A stretch of DNA of 64,000 nt, from the NCBI GenBank assembly GCA_965222605.1, contig OZ244960.1, positions 2,560,001 through 2,624,000 on the forward strand, read 5' to 3'. Positions 9,712 through 19,152 of the stretch are shown here, one piece after another (position 1 is the first letter of the stretch; each line of letters begins with the position of its first letter). Position numbers and translations under genes: made by a program. The notes below the pieces were generated by a model, which was not told the origin of the DNA, did no database searches, and saw nothing but the letters and a program-made list of their open reading frames with translations. Origin of the DNA: Candidatus Latescibacterota bacterium (GTDB taxonomy: Bacteria; Latescibacterota; UBA2968).

Positions 9712-10947
9712 ATGTCCGATTTTTCAATCGCAAAAGCTGTTCACAACGCATTTCAAAACCACGCCATAGTCGATATACACACCCATCTCTATCCCGCCTC
9801 CATGGGCGAACTCTACCTGGCGGGACCCGACGAACTCCTCACCTATCACTACCTCAAAGCCGAATGCTCGCGCATGTTGCCCGAAGGCGTCGCAGTTGAT
9901 ACATTTAACAACATGCCCACAACCGAACAGGCCGACATGATCTGGCAACAACTCTTTGTAGGCAACAGCTCCCCAATATCCGAAGCCCAACTGGGCATCG
10001 TCACAGTTATGAACCGCCTGGGCCTGAATCCCCGTGCAGAAAACCTGTCCGAATTTCGCGCATTCCACAAATCAAAAACACCCGAAGAATACACCGACAT
10101 GGTCTTTGAAAACGCAGGCGTCGCCAGTGTCTATATGACCAACGATCCCCTCGACGACACCGAAGGCCCCATGTGGCAACAAGGCATCGACATCGACTCG
10201 CGCTTCAGAGCTGTCTTGCGCCTGGACAGCGCGCTCATGAACTGGCCCGCGCCCGCCGACAAACTTCGCGCCATGGGATACGACGTTGAAGACTGCCTAT
10301 CCGACAAAACCTTTGCGGAACTGCGGCGCTACCTCGCCGACTGGGTTCAAAAAATGGACGCCCGATACATGGCCATATCGCTCCCCCCGGACTTTGCCTA
10401 TCCATCTGAAGACAGCATAACACAAATGATGGGCAACGTCGTATATCCCACAGCCAATGAACTACAGATCCCCTCGGCAATGATGATCGGCGTCACCCGC
10501 CAGGTCAACCCACGCCTCAAAGACGGTGGCGACAGCCTGGGCAAATGGGACATCGCCAACCTCGAACGCATCGCACGCGACTGGCCCGACGTCAATTTCC
10601 TCATCACACTGCTCTCCCGCGAAAACCAGCACGAACTCTGCGTCACCGGACGCAAATTCCCCAACGTACACCCCTTTGGCTGCTGGTGGTTCTTGAACAA
10701 CCCCAGCATCATCCGGGAAATAACAGCCGAACGCCTCGAACTCCTCGGCACCAGCTTTGTACCCCAGCACTCCGACGCCCGCATCCTGGACCAACTGCTC
10801 TACAAATGGACGCACTCCATCAAAGTCATAGCACCCGTCTTCATCGACAAATACGAATCGCTTCGCGCCGCGGGCTGGCCCCTCACCCCGGCGGACATCC
10901 AGCGCGACATCTCCACCATGTTCGGCGGAGGCAAATTGCTGGACTAA
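9712..10947 (+). CDS. uxaC: Uronate (glucuronate) isomerase, amidohydrolase fold
   Basis: DIHTHLY metal motif, WWFLNNPS, PQHSDARILDQL. AAGGAG RBS. Confidence 0.75.
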   Translation: MSDFSIAKAVHNAFQNHAIVDIHTHLYPASMGELYLAGPDELLTYHYLKAECSRMLPEGVAVDTFNNMPTTEQADMIWQQLFVGNSSPISEAQLGIVTVMNRLGLNPRAENLSEFRAFHKSKTPEEYTDMVFENAGVASVYMTNDPLDDTEGPMWQQGIDIDSRFRAVLRLDSALMNWPAPADKLRAMGYDVEDCLSDKTFAELRRYLADWVQKMDARYMAISLPPDFAYPSEDSITQMMGNVVYPTANELQIPSAMMIGVTRQVNPRLKDGGDSLGKWDIANLERIARDWPDVNFLITLLSRENQHELCVTGRKFPNVHPFGCWWFLNNPSIIREITAERLELLGTSFVPQHSDARILDQLLYKWTHSIKVIAPVFIDKYESLRAAGWPLTPADIQRDISTMFGGGKLLD

Positions 10948-11002
10948 TAACAACCAAAACCTTCTGGATCGCGGCTCTATTAACAGGGTTGTGATGCATA
11001 AA

Positions 11003-11518
11003 ATGACAACCAAAATCTTCTGGATCGCGGTCGCACTCCTTCTCTTCTCCGGAACGGGGTTGTGTACGCCGTATAAAATCTATATCTTTATGGGTGAAAC
11101 CTGTCCGGTCTCGCGGCATTACACCTTAACGCTAAAACAATTGCACGCGCAGTACGCATCTGAAAAACTCGAATTCATCGGCGTATTCCCCAATCGACTC
11201 TCCACGCCAGCCACAATTGCCGCGTTCAAAGAAAAATACGCCTTGCCATTCTCTTGCATCGGAGATTCCACCCACACATGGGTGAACCGATTGGGAGCAA
11301 CAATCACGCCAGAAGCTGTCGTCGTCGATACATCAAACACCGCCATCTATCGGGGTCGCATTGACAACACCTTTGCGCGCCTGGGCAAAAGACGCCGCGT
11401 CATCACCGAACGCGATCTCGCGAATGTACTGAACGCCCTCAAGGACGAAAAACCCCCGGCATTTCGCCAAACCCAGGCCATTGGTTGCATCATAACCTCA
11501 TGGCAAAATGCGAAATAG
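11003..11518 (+). CDS. Exported redoxin (AhpC/TSA-like thioredoxin fold, CPVS)
   Basis: Signal peptide, TCPVS, ATITPEAVV, YRGRIDN, C-terminal AIGC. Confidence 0.8.
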   Translation: MTTKIFWIAVALLLFSGTGLCTPYKIYIFMGETCPVSRHYTLTLKQLHAQYASEKLEFIGVFPNRLSTPATIAAFKEKYALPFSCIGDSTHTWVNRLGATITPEAVVVDTSNTAIYRGRIDNTFARLGKRRRVITERDLANVLNALKDEKPPAFRQTQAIGCIITSWQNAK

Positions 11519-11528
11519 GAATAAAGCC

Positions 11529-13073
11529 ATGCGCCCAATTTTCCTCTCCATACTCGCGATCCTCCTCGCCTTTGCTTCGCTGCGCGCGGAACCCCCCACC
11601 TTTAGCAAACACGTCTCGCAAATCATATACAACAACTGCACATCGTGTCATCGAGACGGTGAAATAGGGCCTATGCCCCTTACAAATTACAGCGAAATCG
11701 CGGCTTATGCAGACATGATCAAATACGTCACAGAAACCCAATACATGCCACCGTGGAAACCCGATTACAATTACAGCCAGCACATTGGCGCAAGAACACT
11801 CACCAAAACAGAAATTAACACAATCTCAAATTGGGTCAACGCGGGCTTTCCCCAGGGCGATATCGCCCTTGAAGCACCCATGCCGGAATTTCCAACAGGC
11901 TCTGTACTCGGCACACCCGACCTCGTACTCACCATGACAGAACCCTTTACCATCCGCGGCAATAATGAGGACCAGTACCAGGTATTTGTCATCCCAACCC
12001 ATCTCACAGAAGATCGGGAAATCGAAGCCATTGAATTTCGCCCCGGCAATCGCAGAATCGTTCACCACGCCCTCATCGGCGCAGACATCACGGGCCGCGC
12101 CCGCGAAAAAGACCTCGAAACCCCGGAATACGGTTACGAATCCTTCGGGGCTTTCGGCGCGCCAACCGCTATGGTCCTGCCCGGATATACACCCGGTGCA
12201 AAACCCTCGGTATATCCCAAAGGCGTTGGACACATATTGCCCAAAAACTCCGATTTACTGATTCAGGTACACTATGCCCCCTGGCCCCTTGCAGAATCCG
12301 ACCAATCCAGCATCAACATATTCTTCAAAAAAGAACCCATCGAGAGAGAAGTGGGTTTTATCAGCATGGCACCGCTCACCACTGACGGTGAAACGTTGAG
12401 CAGAATACTCAGGGTCCTGCTCGGGGAAGAGCGACACGGCGGCACCCCCGTAGAAAAAATCCAAATAAACGACATCTTTGTCATCCCGAAAGATCAGATC
12501 AAAACATTTCACACAACACTCTTCATCAATCGGGATATCAGCCTCCTATCCATCTACCCGCACATGCACTTGCTGGGCAAATCCTGGGAAGTCTATGCCA
12601 CGGATCCACAGGGCAACCGCACCAATCTCATCCGTATTGCAGACTGGGATTTCAACTGGCAGGGCAATTACACCTTCACCCAATATCAAAAAATAGCTGC
12701 GGGATCCCAAATCCACGCCATTACCACCTACGACAACACCTCAAATAACCCGGTCAATCCCAATCACCCACCCCGCACCTTGACATGGGGCGAAAAAACC
12801 ACCGATGAAATGCTCTTACTGGTCATGGAATACATACCCTACCGACAAGGCGATGAAAACATCGCCCTCACCGTTGGCCGGGGCGGCGAAATGAGCATAG
12901 ATTTCAATGGCAATGGACAACGGGACTTTGCCGACTTCCTCTTATTCGTCCAGAACTTTGGCCTGAACCGAGGCGACACCAGCTATCAACGTCACTTTGA
13001 CCTCAACTCGGATGGACACATCAACTTTACCGACTTTATCATCTTTGCCAATCTATTTGCAGCGGAACAATAA
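11529..13073 (+). CDS. Secreted c-type heme plus copper type II (PHM/DBM-like) monooxygenase with C-terminal dockerin-like EF-hand pair
   Basis: Signal peptide, CTSCH, IVHHAL, QVHY, PHMH, DEM, and DFNGNGQRDFADFLLF...DLNSDGHINFTDF. Confidence 0.8.
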   Translation: MRPIFLSILAILLAFASLRAEPPTFSKHVSQIIYNNCTSCHRDGEIGPMPLTNYSEIAAYADMIKYVTETQYMPPWKPDYNYSQHIGARTLTKTEINTISNWVNAGFPQGDIALEAPMPEFPTGSVLGTPDLVLTMTEPFTIRGNNEDQYQVFVIPTHLTEDREIEAIEFRPGNRRIVHHALIGADITGRAREKDLETPEYGYESFGAFGAPTAMVLPGYTPGAKPSVYPKGVGHILPKNSDLLIQVHYAPWPLAESDQSSINIFFKKEPIEREVGFISMAPLTTDGETLSRILRVLLGEERHGGTPVEKIQINDIFVIPKDQIKTFHTTLFINRDISLLSIYPHMHLLGKSWEVYATDPQGNRTNLIRIADWDFNWQGNYTFTQYQKIAAGSQIHAITTYDNTSNNPVNPNHPPRTLTWGEKTTDEMLLLVMEYIPYRQGDENIALTVGRGGEMSIDFNGNGQRDFADFLLFVQNFGLNRGDTSYQRHFDLNSDGHINFTDFIIFANLFAAEQ

Positions 13074-13109
13074 AAAAGGCTCCTGAAGATCACATCTCCA
13101 GGAGCCTTT
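13072..13109. terminator. Intrinsic terminator between convergent genes
   Basis: AAAAAAGGCTCCTG-n-CAGGAGCCTTT hairpin with A and T tracts. Confidence 0.75.
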
Positions 13110-13130
13110 ACACGCCACAAACTTCTTCCC

Positions 13131-14024
13131 CTAATCCTTATCCAAACTCACAACCCCATCCTCTCCCACCTCCAAATGCATCTCACTCGACCTCGTATTT
13201 GAATACGGCCCGTACATCACCGCGCGTTGTTCCCCGGTCATCCCCTCCACAATCTCTTTATCCCAATAAATCTCGGGCGGCGAAACCGGTTGCGAAGCGC
13301 CCGATCTCGTGGCCGTGCGCGATGCGTACTTAATCAAAATGGACCGACGTTCAAAATCGGCCGTCCACGGATGCGTACCGTGTGTTTGCGCGCCATCCAT
13401 AAAAAACAGCACATCGCCCGGATTCAAATCCGGCTCAGCCACCACGTCCATCTCATCTTCTTGCGACCGCACCCCGGCTGGCATCGAGTACTTTGACTTA
13501 TGTGACCCCGGCACACATGCAAAGCCCCCCGATCCAGTTGGCGACTCCCCCAATTGAAACGTAACCGTCACACCGCCGACATACGCCTTGCCATTCTGGT
13601 GGTGATACGCGACCGCTTCTCGATACGGTTCACCAGCACCGTGCAAAGACCCACCTGAAGTACCATTGATCCCACCGATAAACTGAGGCCCGTGATCCAG
13701 CCGAAAACCAATACCGCACATCACATTCAGCTGCGACACAATCTCGGGAAACGCAATCATCTTGCGAAACGGCTCGCAATGCGGCGCGGGCAAAGTCAAC
13801 AAAAACGGATAACTATTGGTCGTACGGGTCAAAATACCATCTTCTATCCTCGGACGCGTGCGCTCGCGCAACAACTCGACCTCGGCACACTCATCATCGC
13901 TTTGCACCACCTCACCGAGATAATCAATCGCCTCATTCGCCGCCTTGACATCCTCTTGTGGAAATACACCGCGCAAAACCAGATACCCGGTCAAATCCCA
14001 GTAATAGCGTTCTCTTGCGTTCAT
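13131..14024 (-). CDS. PhyH-family enzyme with H-G-A motif
   Basis: YWDLTGYLVL, RLDHGP, SLHGAGE, CVPGSHK, QTHGT, RRSILIKY. AAGGAG RBS before ATG 14024. Confidence 0.85.
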   Translation of the reverse strand: MNARERYYWDLTGYLVLRGVFPQEDVKAANEAIDYLGEVVQSDDECAEVELLRERTRPRIEDGILTRTTNSYPFLLTLPAPHCEPFRKMIAFPEIVSQLNVMCGIGFRLDHGPQFIGGINGTSGGSLHGAGEPYREAVAYHHQNGKAYVGGVTVTFQLGESPTGSGGFACVPGSHKSKYSMPAGVRSQEDEMDVVAEPDLNPGDVLFFMDGAQTHGTHPWTADFERRSILIKYASRTATRSGASQPVSPPEIYWDKEIVEGMTGEQRAVMYGPYSNTRSSEMHLEVGEDGVVSLDKD

Positions 14025-14045
14025 TGTTTGCTCCTTAAACCTACT

Positions 14046-14127
14046 GGATCGCGGCTTGAACCCTGCCGCGATGACGGGAGCCTGCCCCGTAGTGACTCTA
14101 TACGGGGGCACAGAAACCGTCCCCTAC
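14046..14127. repeat. REP cluster (CGTC plus GTAG types); GTAG supplies the stop of the 14124 gene
   Basis: GGATCGCGGC..GCCGCGATGACG, an internal CCCCGTA..TACGGGG hairpin, and ACCGTCCCCTAC. Confidence 0.8.
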
Positions 14128-15002
14128 TTCACAACCCGCGTTGTTTCGCCATCGGAATCCAGCAAAGGCAACCGACCGCTGTGATGGACGCCGGGACCGT
14201 ACAAAACAGCTTGTTGTTCCGGTGTCAATTCACTGACCCAATCCCCATAGCGATCCTGGGGCGTAAAATACTTGCCCACAGCGCGCGCCGCTGCGCGAGA
14301 AGCGTACTTGTAAAGTACAGAACGTCGCTCACCCTCGCCGCGCCACGGCAGCGTACCATGCGTCATCGTCTCCGCAAAAAAGAGCACATCGCCAGCTTGC
14401 ATCACAGGTTGATAGACCAGCCCCATATCGTCCTCTGCAGAACGCACCTCAGCGGGTGTTGGCTCAGCCGTCTTATGGCTCCCCGGCACACAGGCAAAAC
14501 CACCATCGCCCTCGTTGACATCTGTCAGTTGCCATGCCACGGTAATACCGCGACAGAAAATCTTCCCATTCTGCTGGTGATACCACACCGACTGGCTAAA
14601 CGGTTCGCCGCCGCCGTGCAATTGATGACCCTCCGCGCCTTTGAGCGCGCTAATCAACAGCGGCCCGTGATCCATGCGAAACCCCTTGCCGCTAAACTCA
14701 TTCAAACGACTCACCACAACCGGATGAACGAGCAATTTCCGAAACGGCTCGCGATAGGGTTCGGGCCAACCCAACATACCCGTAAGCTCGCGCCTGCCCT
14801 CTTTGCCAACAAGCGCGGACGAACCCCGCGCCAGCCCGCCATTTTCGATGGATCGCGTCCTGATTTCATCCCCATAGTGATCAATCACATCATTACACGT
14901 TTTAACCTCATCTGCAGACAATGCCCCCCGCACGACCAGATAACCGCGCAGGTCAAAAAAGTACTTCTCCTCTTCGCTCACTGTATAAAGATTGTTGCCC
15001 AT
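14124..15002 (-). CDS. PhyH-family enzyme with H-G-G motif
   Basis: FFDLRGYLVV, RMDHGP, QLHGGGE, CVPGSHK, MTHGT, RRSVLYKY. Confidence 0.87.
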   Translation of the reverse strand: MGNNLYTVSEEEKYFFDLRGYLVVRGALSADEVKTCNDVIDHYGDEIRTRSIENGGLARGSSALVGKEGRRELTGMLGWPEPYREPFRKLLVHPVVVSRLNEFSGKGFRMDHGPLLISALKGAEGHQLHGGGEPFSQSVWYHQQNGKIFCRGITVAWQLTDVNEGDGGFACVPGSHKTAEPTPAEVRSAEDDMGLVYQPVMQAGDVLFFAETMTHGTLPWRGEGERRSVLYKYASRAAARAVGKYFTPQDRYGDWVSELTPEQQAVLYGPGVHHSGRLPLLDSDGETTRVVK

Positions 15003-15044
15003 GGTGAAACTCTCCTGTTAGTTGCCTAAATTCAGTTAAAAGCA

Positions 15045-15902
15045 CTACGCCTCTATTCGCACGCTCCCATCCTCACAGACCTCCAGAGATGGCACGCGGC
15101 CTTTGTGATTGGAATAAGGACCATACATAACCGACAATTGCTCGGGCGTCATATCCTCGACAATTTCTCGATCCCAATAAATCTCCGGTGGTGACACCTC
15201 ATGCGCAAGACCGCTCCGCGCACATGTGCGAGCTGCGTATTTGAACAAAATTGACCGCCGCGTTGTATCCAACTTCCACGGTGTTGCCCCGTGTGCTTGC
15301 GCGCTATCCATAAAAAAGATGACATCGCCGGCTTCCACCACAGGCTGTTTGATCAAATCCATGTCATCGTCTCCTGTATGCACGCCTTTTGGCATGGGAA
15401 ACATCGCCTTGTGACTGGATGGCACACATGCAAATCCACCCAGGCCCTCTTTGCAATCGTGCAATTGCCACGCCACCGTTACACCGCCAACCCACGGCTT
15501 GCCATTCTGATGGTGATAGGCGACATGCGGCCGATGCGGATCGCCATTTCCATGCATCGTATGGCCCGACGTACCCTTATTGCTCACGATAAACATCGGA
15601 CCGTGATCGAGCCGAAATCCTTTGTCGCACATCACATTGAGATATTTTACCAGCACCGGATGTGCCAGCATCTCCCGAAAAGGATCGCAGTCAGGCTTTG
15701 GAAATTCGAGAATACCGGGCAACATAGGACGCCCCGTACCGGCAAAAACAACCGACTCCCTCGCCTTTGAATCGCCAACCTCAACCCGGTCCCAATAGCG
15801 ATCCACAATATCATTGGCTCGCGCAACCTCCTCTTTTGACAACACGCCTTTCACGACGAGGTATCCTGTCAAATCCCAGAAATATCGCTCGCGCGCATCC
15901 AT
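15045..15902 (-). CDS. PhyH-family enzyme with H-G-N motif (tandem copy 2)
   Basis: RLDHGP, TMHGNGD, CVPSSHK, QAHGA, RRSILFKY. Confidence 0.87.
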   Translation of the reverse strand: MDARERYFWDLTGYLVVKGVLSKEEVARANDIVDRYWDRVEVGDSKARESVVFAGTGRPMLPGILEFPKPDCDPFREMLAHPVLVKYLNVMCDKGFRLDHGPMFIVSNKGTSGHTMHGNGDPHRPHVAYHHQNGKPWVGGVTVAWQLHDCKEGLGGFACVPSSHKAMFPMPKGVHTGDDDMDLIKQPVVEAGDVIFFMDSAQAHGATPWKLDTTRRSILFKYAARTCARSGLAHEVSPPEIYWDREIVEDMTPEQLSVMYGPYSNHKGRVPSLEVCEDGSVRIEA

Positions 15903-15924
15903 AAGGCTTCTCCTTTCCCTAATC

Positions 15925-16782
15925 CTACGCCTCTATCCGCACGCTTCCATCTTCACAGACCTCCAGAGATGGCACGCGGCCTCTGTGATTGGAATAAGGA
16001 CCATACATAACCGACAATTGCTCGGGCGTCATATCCTCGACAATTTCTCGATCCCAATAAATCTCCGGCGGCGATACCTCCTGCGAAGGACCTCCGCGCG
16101 CACATGTGCGACCAGTGTATTTGAACAAAATGGACCGCCGCGTTGTATCCAATTTCCACGGTGTTGCCCCGTGTGATTGCGCGCTATCCATAAAAAAGAC
16201 AACATCGCCAGCTTCCACCACGGGCTGTTTGATCAAATCCATGTCATCGTCTCCTGTACGCACGCCTTTTGGCATGGGAAACATCGCTTTGTGGCTGGAT
16301 GGCACACAGGCAAACCCACCCATGCCCTCTTTGCAATCGTGCAATTGCCACGCCACCGTTACACCACCCACCCAAGTCTTGCCATTTTGATGGTGATACG
16401 CGACATGCGGCCGATGCGGATCGCCATTTCCATGCATCGTATGGCCTGCCGTACCCTTATTGCTCACAATAAACATCGGACCGTGGTCGAGCCGAAATCC
16501 TTTATCGCACATCACATTGAGATACTTCACCAGCACCGGATGTGCCAGCATCTCTCGGAAAGGTTCGCAGTCCGGTTTTGGAAACTCGAGAATACCGGGC
16601 AACATAGGACGCCCCGTACCGGCAAAAACAACCGACTCCCTCGCCGTAGAACCCCCAACCTGAACCCGGTCCCAGTAGCGATCCACAATATCATTGGTTC
16701 GCGCAACTTCCTCTTTTGACAACACGCCTTTCACGACGAGGTATCCCGTTAAATCCCAGAAATATCGCTCGCGCGCATCCAT
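15925..16782 (-). CDS. PhyH-family enzyme with H-G-N motif (tandem copy 1)
   Basis: About 94% identical to 15045..15902 (18 substitutions by manual count); duplication period 880 bp. Confidence 0.87.
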   Translation of the reverse strand: MDARERYFWDLTGYLVVKGVLSKEEVARTNDIVDRYWDRVQVGGSTARESVVFAGTGRPMLPGILEFPKPDCEPFREMLAHPVLVKYLNVMCDKGFRLDHGPMFIVSNKGTAGHTMHGNGDPHRPHVAYHHQNGKTWVGGVTVAWQLHDCKEGMGGFACVPSSHKAMFPMPKGVRTGDDDMDLIKQPVVEAGDVVFFMDSAQSHGATPWKLDTTRRSILFKYTGRTCARGGPSQEVSPPEIYWDREIVEDMTPEQLSVMYGPYSNHRGRVPSLEVCEDGSVRIEA

Positions 16783-16935
16783 AAGGCTTCTCCTTTTGAG
16801 ACAGGTGAATATTTTTTAACATAAGTATAAATGAACCTAAAATTTCCAAAAGTCAATTTTTTTCGACAGGGCACAGGTTATTGACTCTTAAATAAATAAA
16901 CTGTATTTTGATTGAAATAACAGGAGCATAACAAC

Positions 16936-17172
16936 TTGTCTTACTCATTGATCATTGAAGCCACAGAAGAACCGGATTTTTTTGGCTTTTACTCTCCAGA
17001 ACTCGAAGGTTTTACAGGTATTGGACATTCCATTGAAGATTGCATGTTCAAAGCAAAATGGGGAATGGAAGAACATATTGAACTTTTGAAAGAACAGGGA
17101 CTTCCGGTACCCGATAGAAACCCCAATCCGAATATCCTAATTCAAAACCAACAGATAATTTCTACCGTATAG
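16936..17172 (+). CDS. HicB-like antitoxin (orphan)
   Basis: TTG start after CAGGAG; YSLIIE...FYSPELEG..GIGHSIEDC...EQGLPVP. Upstream promoter TTGACT-17-TATTTT (16881-16909). Confidence 0.75.
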   Translation: MSYSLIIEATEEPDFFGFYSPELEGFTGIGHSIEDCMFKAKWGMEEHIELLKEQGLPVPDRNPNPNILIQNQQIISTV

Positions 17173-17617
17173 ATCCCTTTCCCCTCACCCGTAACCCGAC
17201 AACACACGGCTGATCTTTATCGCCAAACGGATTGAGCAAATCGGTATTGAACCCACTCCAGACACTCGATTTTTCCATCTTTCCACCACTCCGTTCACCC
17301 GTCAAAACCGCCATCCAATCCACCGCTATTGGCGTCCCATTGCGCACATCGGGGTTCTCATTTGCTATGCACAGCACGCGCCACTCAGCCCCATCCAGAC
17401 CCGAAAGCTCAGACCGAGAATACCCCCACCAAGCATCTTCTACACTCGGACTAAAACGGACAACCCACTTATCGCCATCAAAAAAACCGGGCACCTCAAT
17501 CGCCTCGCCCCGCTCGTGCATAAAAGTTGCCGTCACTTCCACTGCAAATGGATTCTTATCACCCGCATCTGCATACAATTCAAAATCGCACACCGCATAT
17601 TTCTGCACTTCTACCAT
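17162..17617 (-). pseudogene. DUF5060-like N-terminal domain fused to a C-terminal stub; catalytic core apparently deleted
   Basis: NPFAVEVTATF..E.G...VPGFFDGD.WVVRFSP...W is the DUF5060 pattern normally found before a long DUF4038 hydrolase core. The ORF here is only 151 aa. Confidence 0.55.
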
Positions 17618-17629
17618 CGACCAAATCCT

Positions 17630-17722
17630 TTATTTATACGACTTGATTACATAATACAATAACACACCGAGCACAATAATCACAACGCCGATCCAGATCA
17701 GTGCCCAAAACTGAACATCCAT
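17630..17722 (-). CDS. 30-aa single-TM small protein (absent from the ORF track)
   Basis: GGAGGG RBS, then MDVQFWALIWIGVVIIVLGVLLYYVIKSYK*. Fills the operon gap exactly. Confidence 0.65.
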   Translation of the reverse strand: MDVQFWALIWIGVVIIVLGVLLYYVIKSYK

Positions 17723-17740
17723 CCGGTAGCCCTCCGCCTG

Positions 17741-18550
17741 TTATTCGCCATCCTCAATCGACACATCTCGTACATCATCTGTCCAATCGACCCAGATATC
17801 ATCTCCCGGGGGTTTTTCCTGAAGCTGGGGCATATCGTTCAGCTTGAAATCGTACAACACCGCCTTTCGAATCTGCCGCGAAAAATTTTGCGACGCCATA
17901 TGCCCAATGCGGTGATGCCAAAAAACAATATCGCCGGGTTCTCCATGCGTCTGATATGAATTTTCCTCGCAAGACTGAAACGCTTCTCTATGCGCCTCCA
18001 TCTGGGGCAGTGGCTCCCTGAGATAGCGCGTCTGGTAATCGAAGAAAAACGTGCGATGGCTCCTGGGCCATATCGTGAAACCGCCACCATCTTCGGGAAC
18101 ATGGTCGATATAGCCTACAACTGCAAAATTGAACGCATGGGCATCCACATGCAAATGCCGCGGTTGGCGCTCCACATCGCCATAGGGCAACGTGCAATAA
18201 ATACCGCGCACACCACTGGGCTCGGGAAAATTCCCCTTGCCCAGCATCTGCTCCGCAGCACCCCACACAACTGGATTTTTTGCCAACAAATCAACCATCC
18301 AGGGTTCTCTACCCACCTTGCGGTATTGCCAGCGATAACCGCGCTTGTAATTGCTGCTATCCATTGATTCCTCTTCCGGCTTAATGGGACCGACCCACGA
18401 ATCCGGATCATCTTTTTTTAGACTCGGCGGCGGATCGTCCCACAGGCGTTCTCGCGCACGGGCGCACAACTCGGGGTCCAGAGCGCCCTTCTTCACCAGA
18501 TAGCCTTCGCGTTTAAAAAAACGGATCTCGTCTTCTGTAAGCACAGACAT
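17741..18550 (-). CDS. PhyH-family dioxygenase with canonical HxD
   Basis: FFKREGYLV, HLHVDAH, TIWPRSH, PGDIVFWHHRIGH, IRKAVLYDF. Confidence 0.85.
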   Translation of the reverse strand: MSVLTEDEIRFFKREGYLVKKGALDPELCARARERLWDDPPPSLKKDDPDSWVGPIKPEEESMDSSNYKRGYRWQYRKVGREPWMVDLLAKNPVVWGAAEQMLGKGNFPEPSGVRGIYCTLPYGDVERQPRHLHVDAHAFNFAVVGYIDHVPEDGGGFTIWPRSHRTFFFDYQTRYLREPLPQMEAHREAFQSCEENSYQTHGEPGDIVFWHHRIGHMASQNFSRQIRKAVLYDFKLNDMPQLQEKPPGDDIWVDWTDDVRDVSIEDGE

Positions 18551-18687
18551 GACTCTCTCTCCTTTTTTATGCGAAAGAAACTGTTCCAACCCAATTATAG
18601 GCACTTACCTATTGACAATAAAGTATAAAGTGAAGTGATGAAAACAAAAACCCGGTCTCATATTAAAACCGGGTCAAAATTCCATGC

Positions 18688-19152
18688 TCATTTCACTAAA
18701 CGCATATCGTATTCAAATTGCTCAGGTCCTCCTATCCTTATTTTTGTAAAATCGGGATGAAGAGGATTAATCAAATAATTTGTCTCTACAGGTACAATAA
18801 CGCTGGGGACAGCAAGAATCACCGAATCACCACTGTTGAACCAAGCTGTCCCTATATTTCGCGTTGAATCAGACGCTGGACAATCAGTCCAGTCTGCTGG
18901 TAAATGTGATGGTTCCAAACGAAGACACAGATGTTCATCAAATTCTATGGCAATACTTGCGTAAATACTCAAAATTTGGCTATATTCCAGATGAACGAGC
19001 ATTTCCAGTGCTGCTAATGAAAGGGAGCCGGCTGCATATACTATGGGTATGCCTTTGTGATTCCAGCGTCCGCCGTATCGTCGTGATCCTTCACCCTTGA
19101 AAGCTGAAGTTATGCGATGTGCCTGCACAATTTGCCAGGCTGTCAGCATCAT
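18688..19152 (-). CDS. RES-domain toxin (NAD+ phosphorylase type)
   Basis: GGRWNHKG.PIVY.AGSLSLAALE.LVH...VPSVIVP.E.NYLINPLHPDF. Confidence 0.9.
   Translation of the reverse strand: MMLTAWQIVQAHRITSAFKGEGSRRYGGRWNHKGIPIVYAAGSLSLAALEMLVHLEYSQILSIYASIAIEFDEHLCLRLEPSHLPADWTDCPASDSTRNIGTAWFNSGDSVILAVPSVIVPVETNYLINPLHPDFTKIRIGGPEQFEYDMRLVK

Noticed and set aside
13692-15029. 445-aa + strand ORF, and similar long ORFs at 22584, 27391, 48488, 59740 and 61000
   Set aside because: Shadow frames opposite well-supported genes; Arg/His/Gln-rich composition with no motifs.
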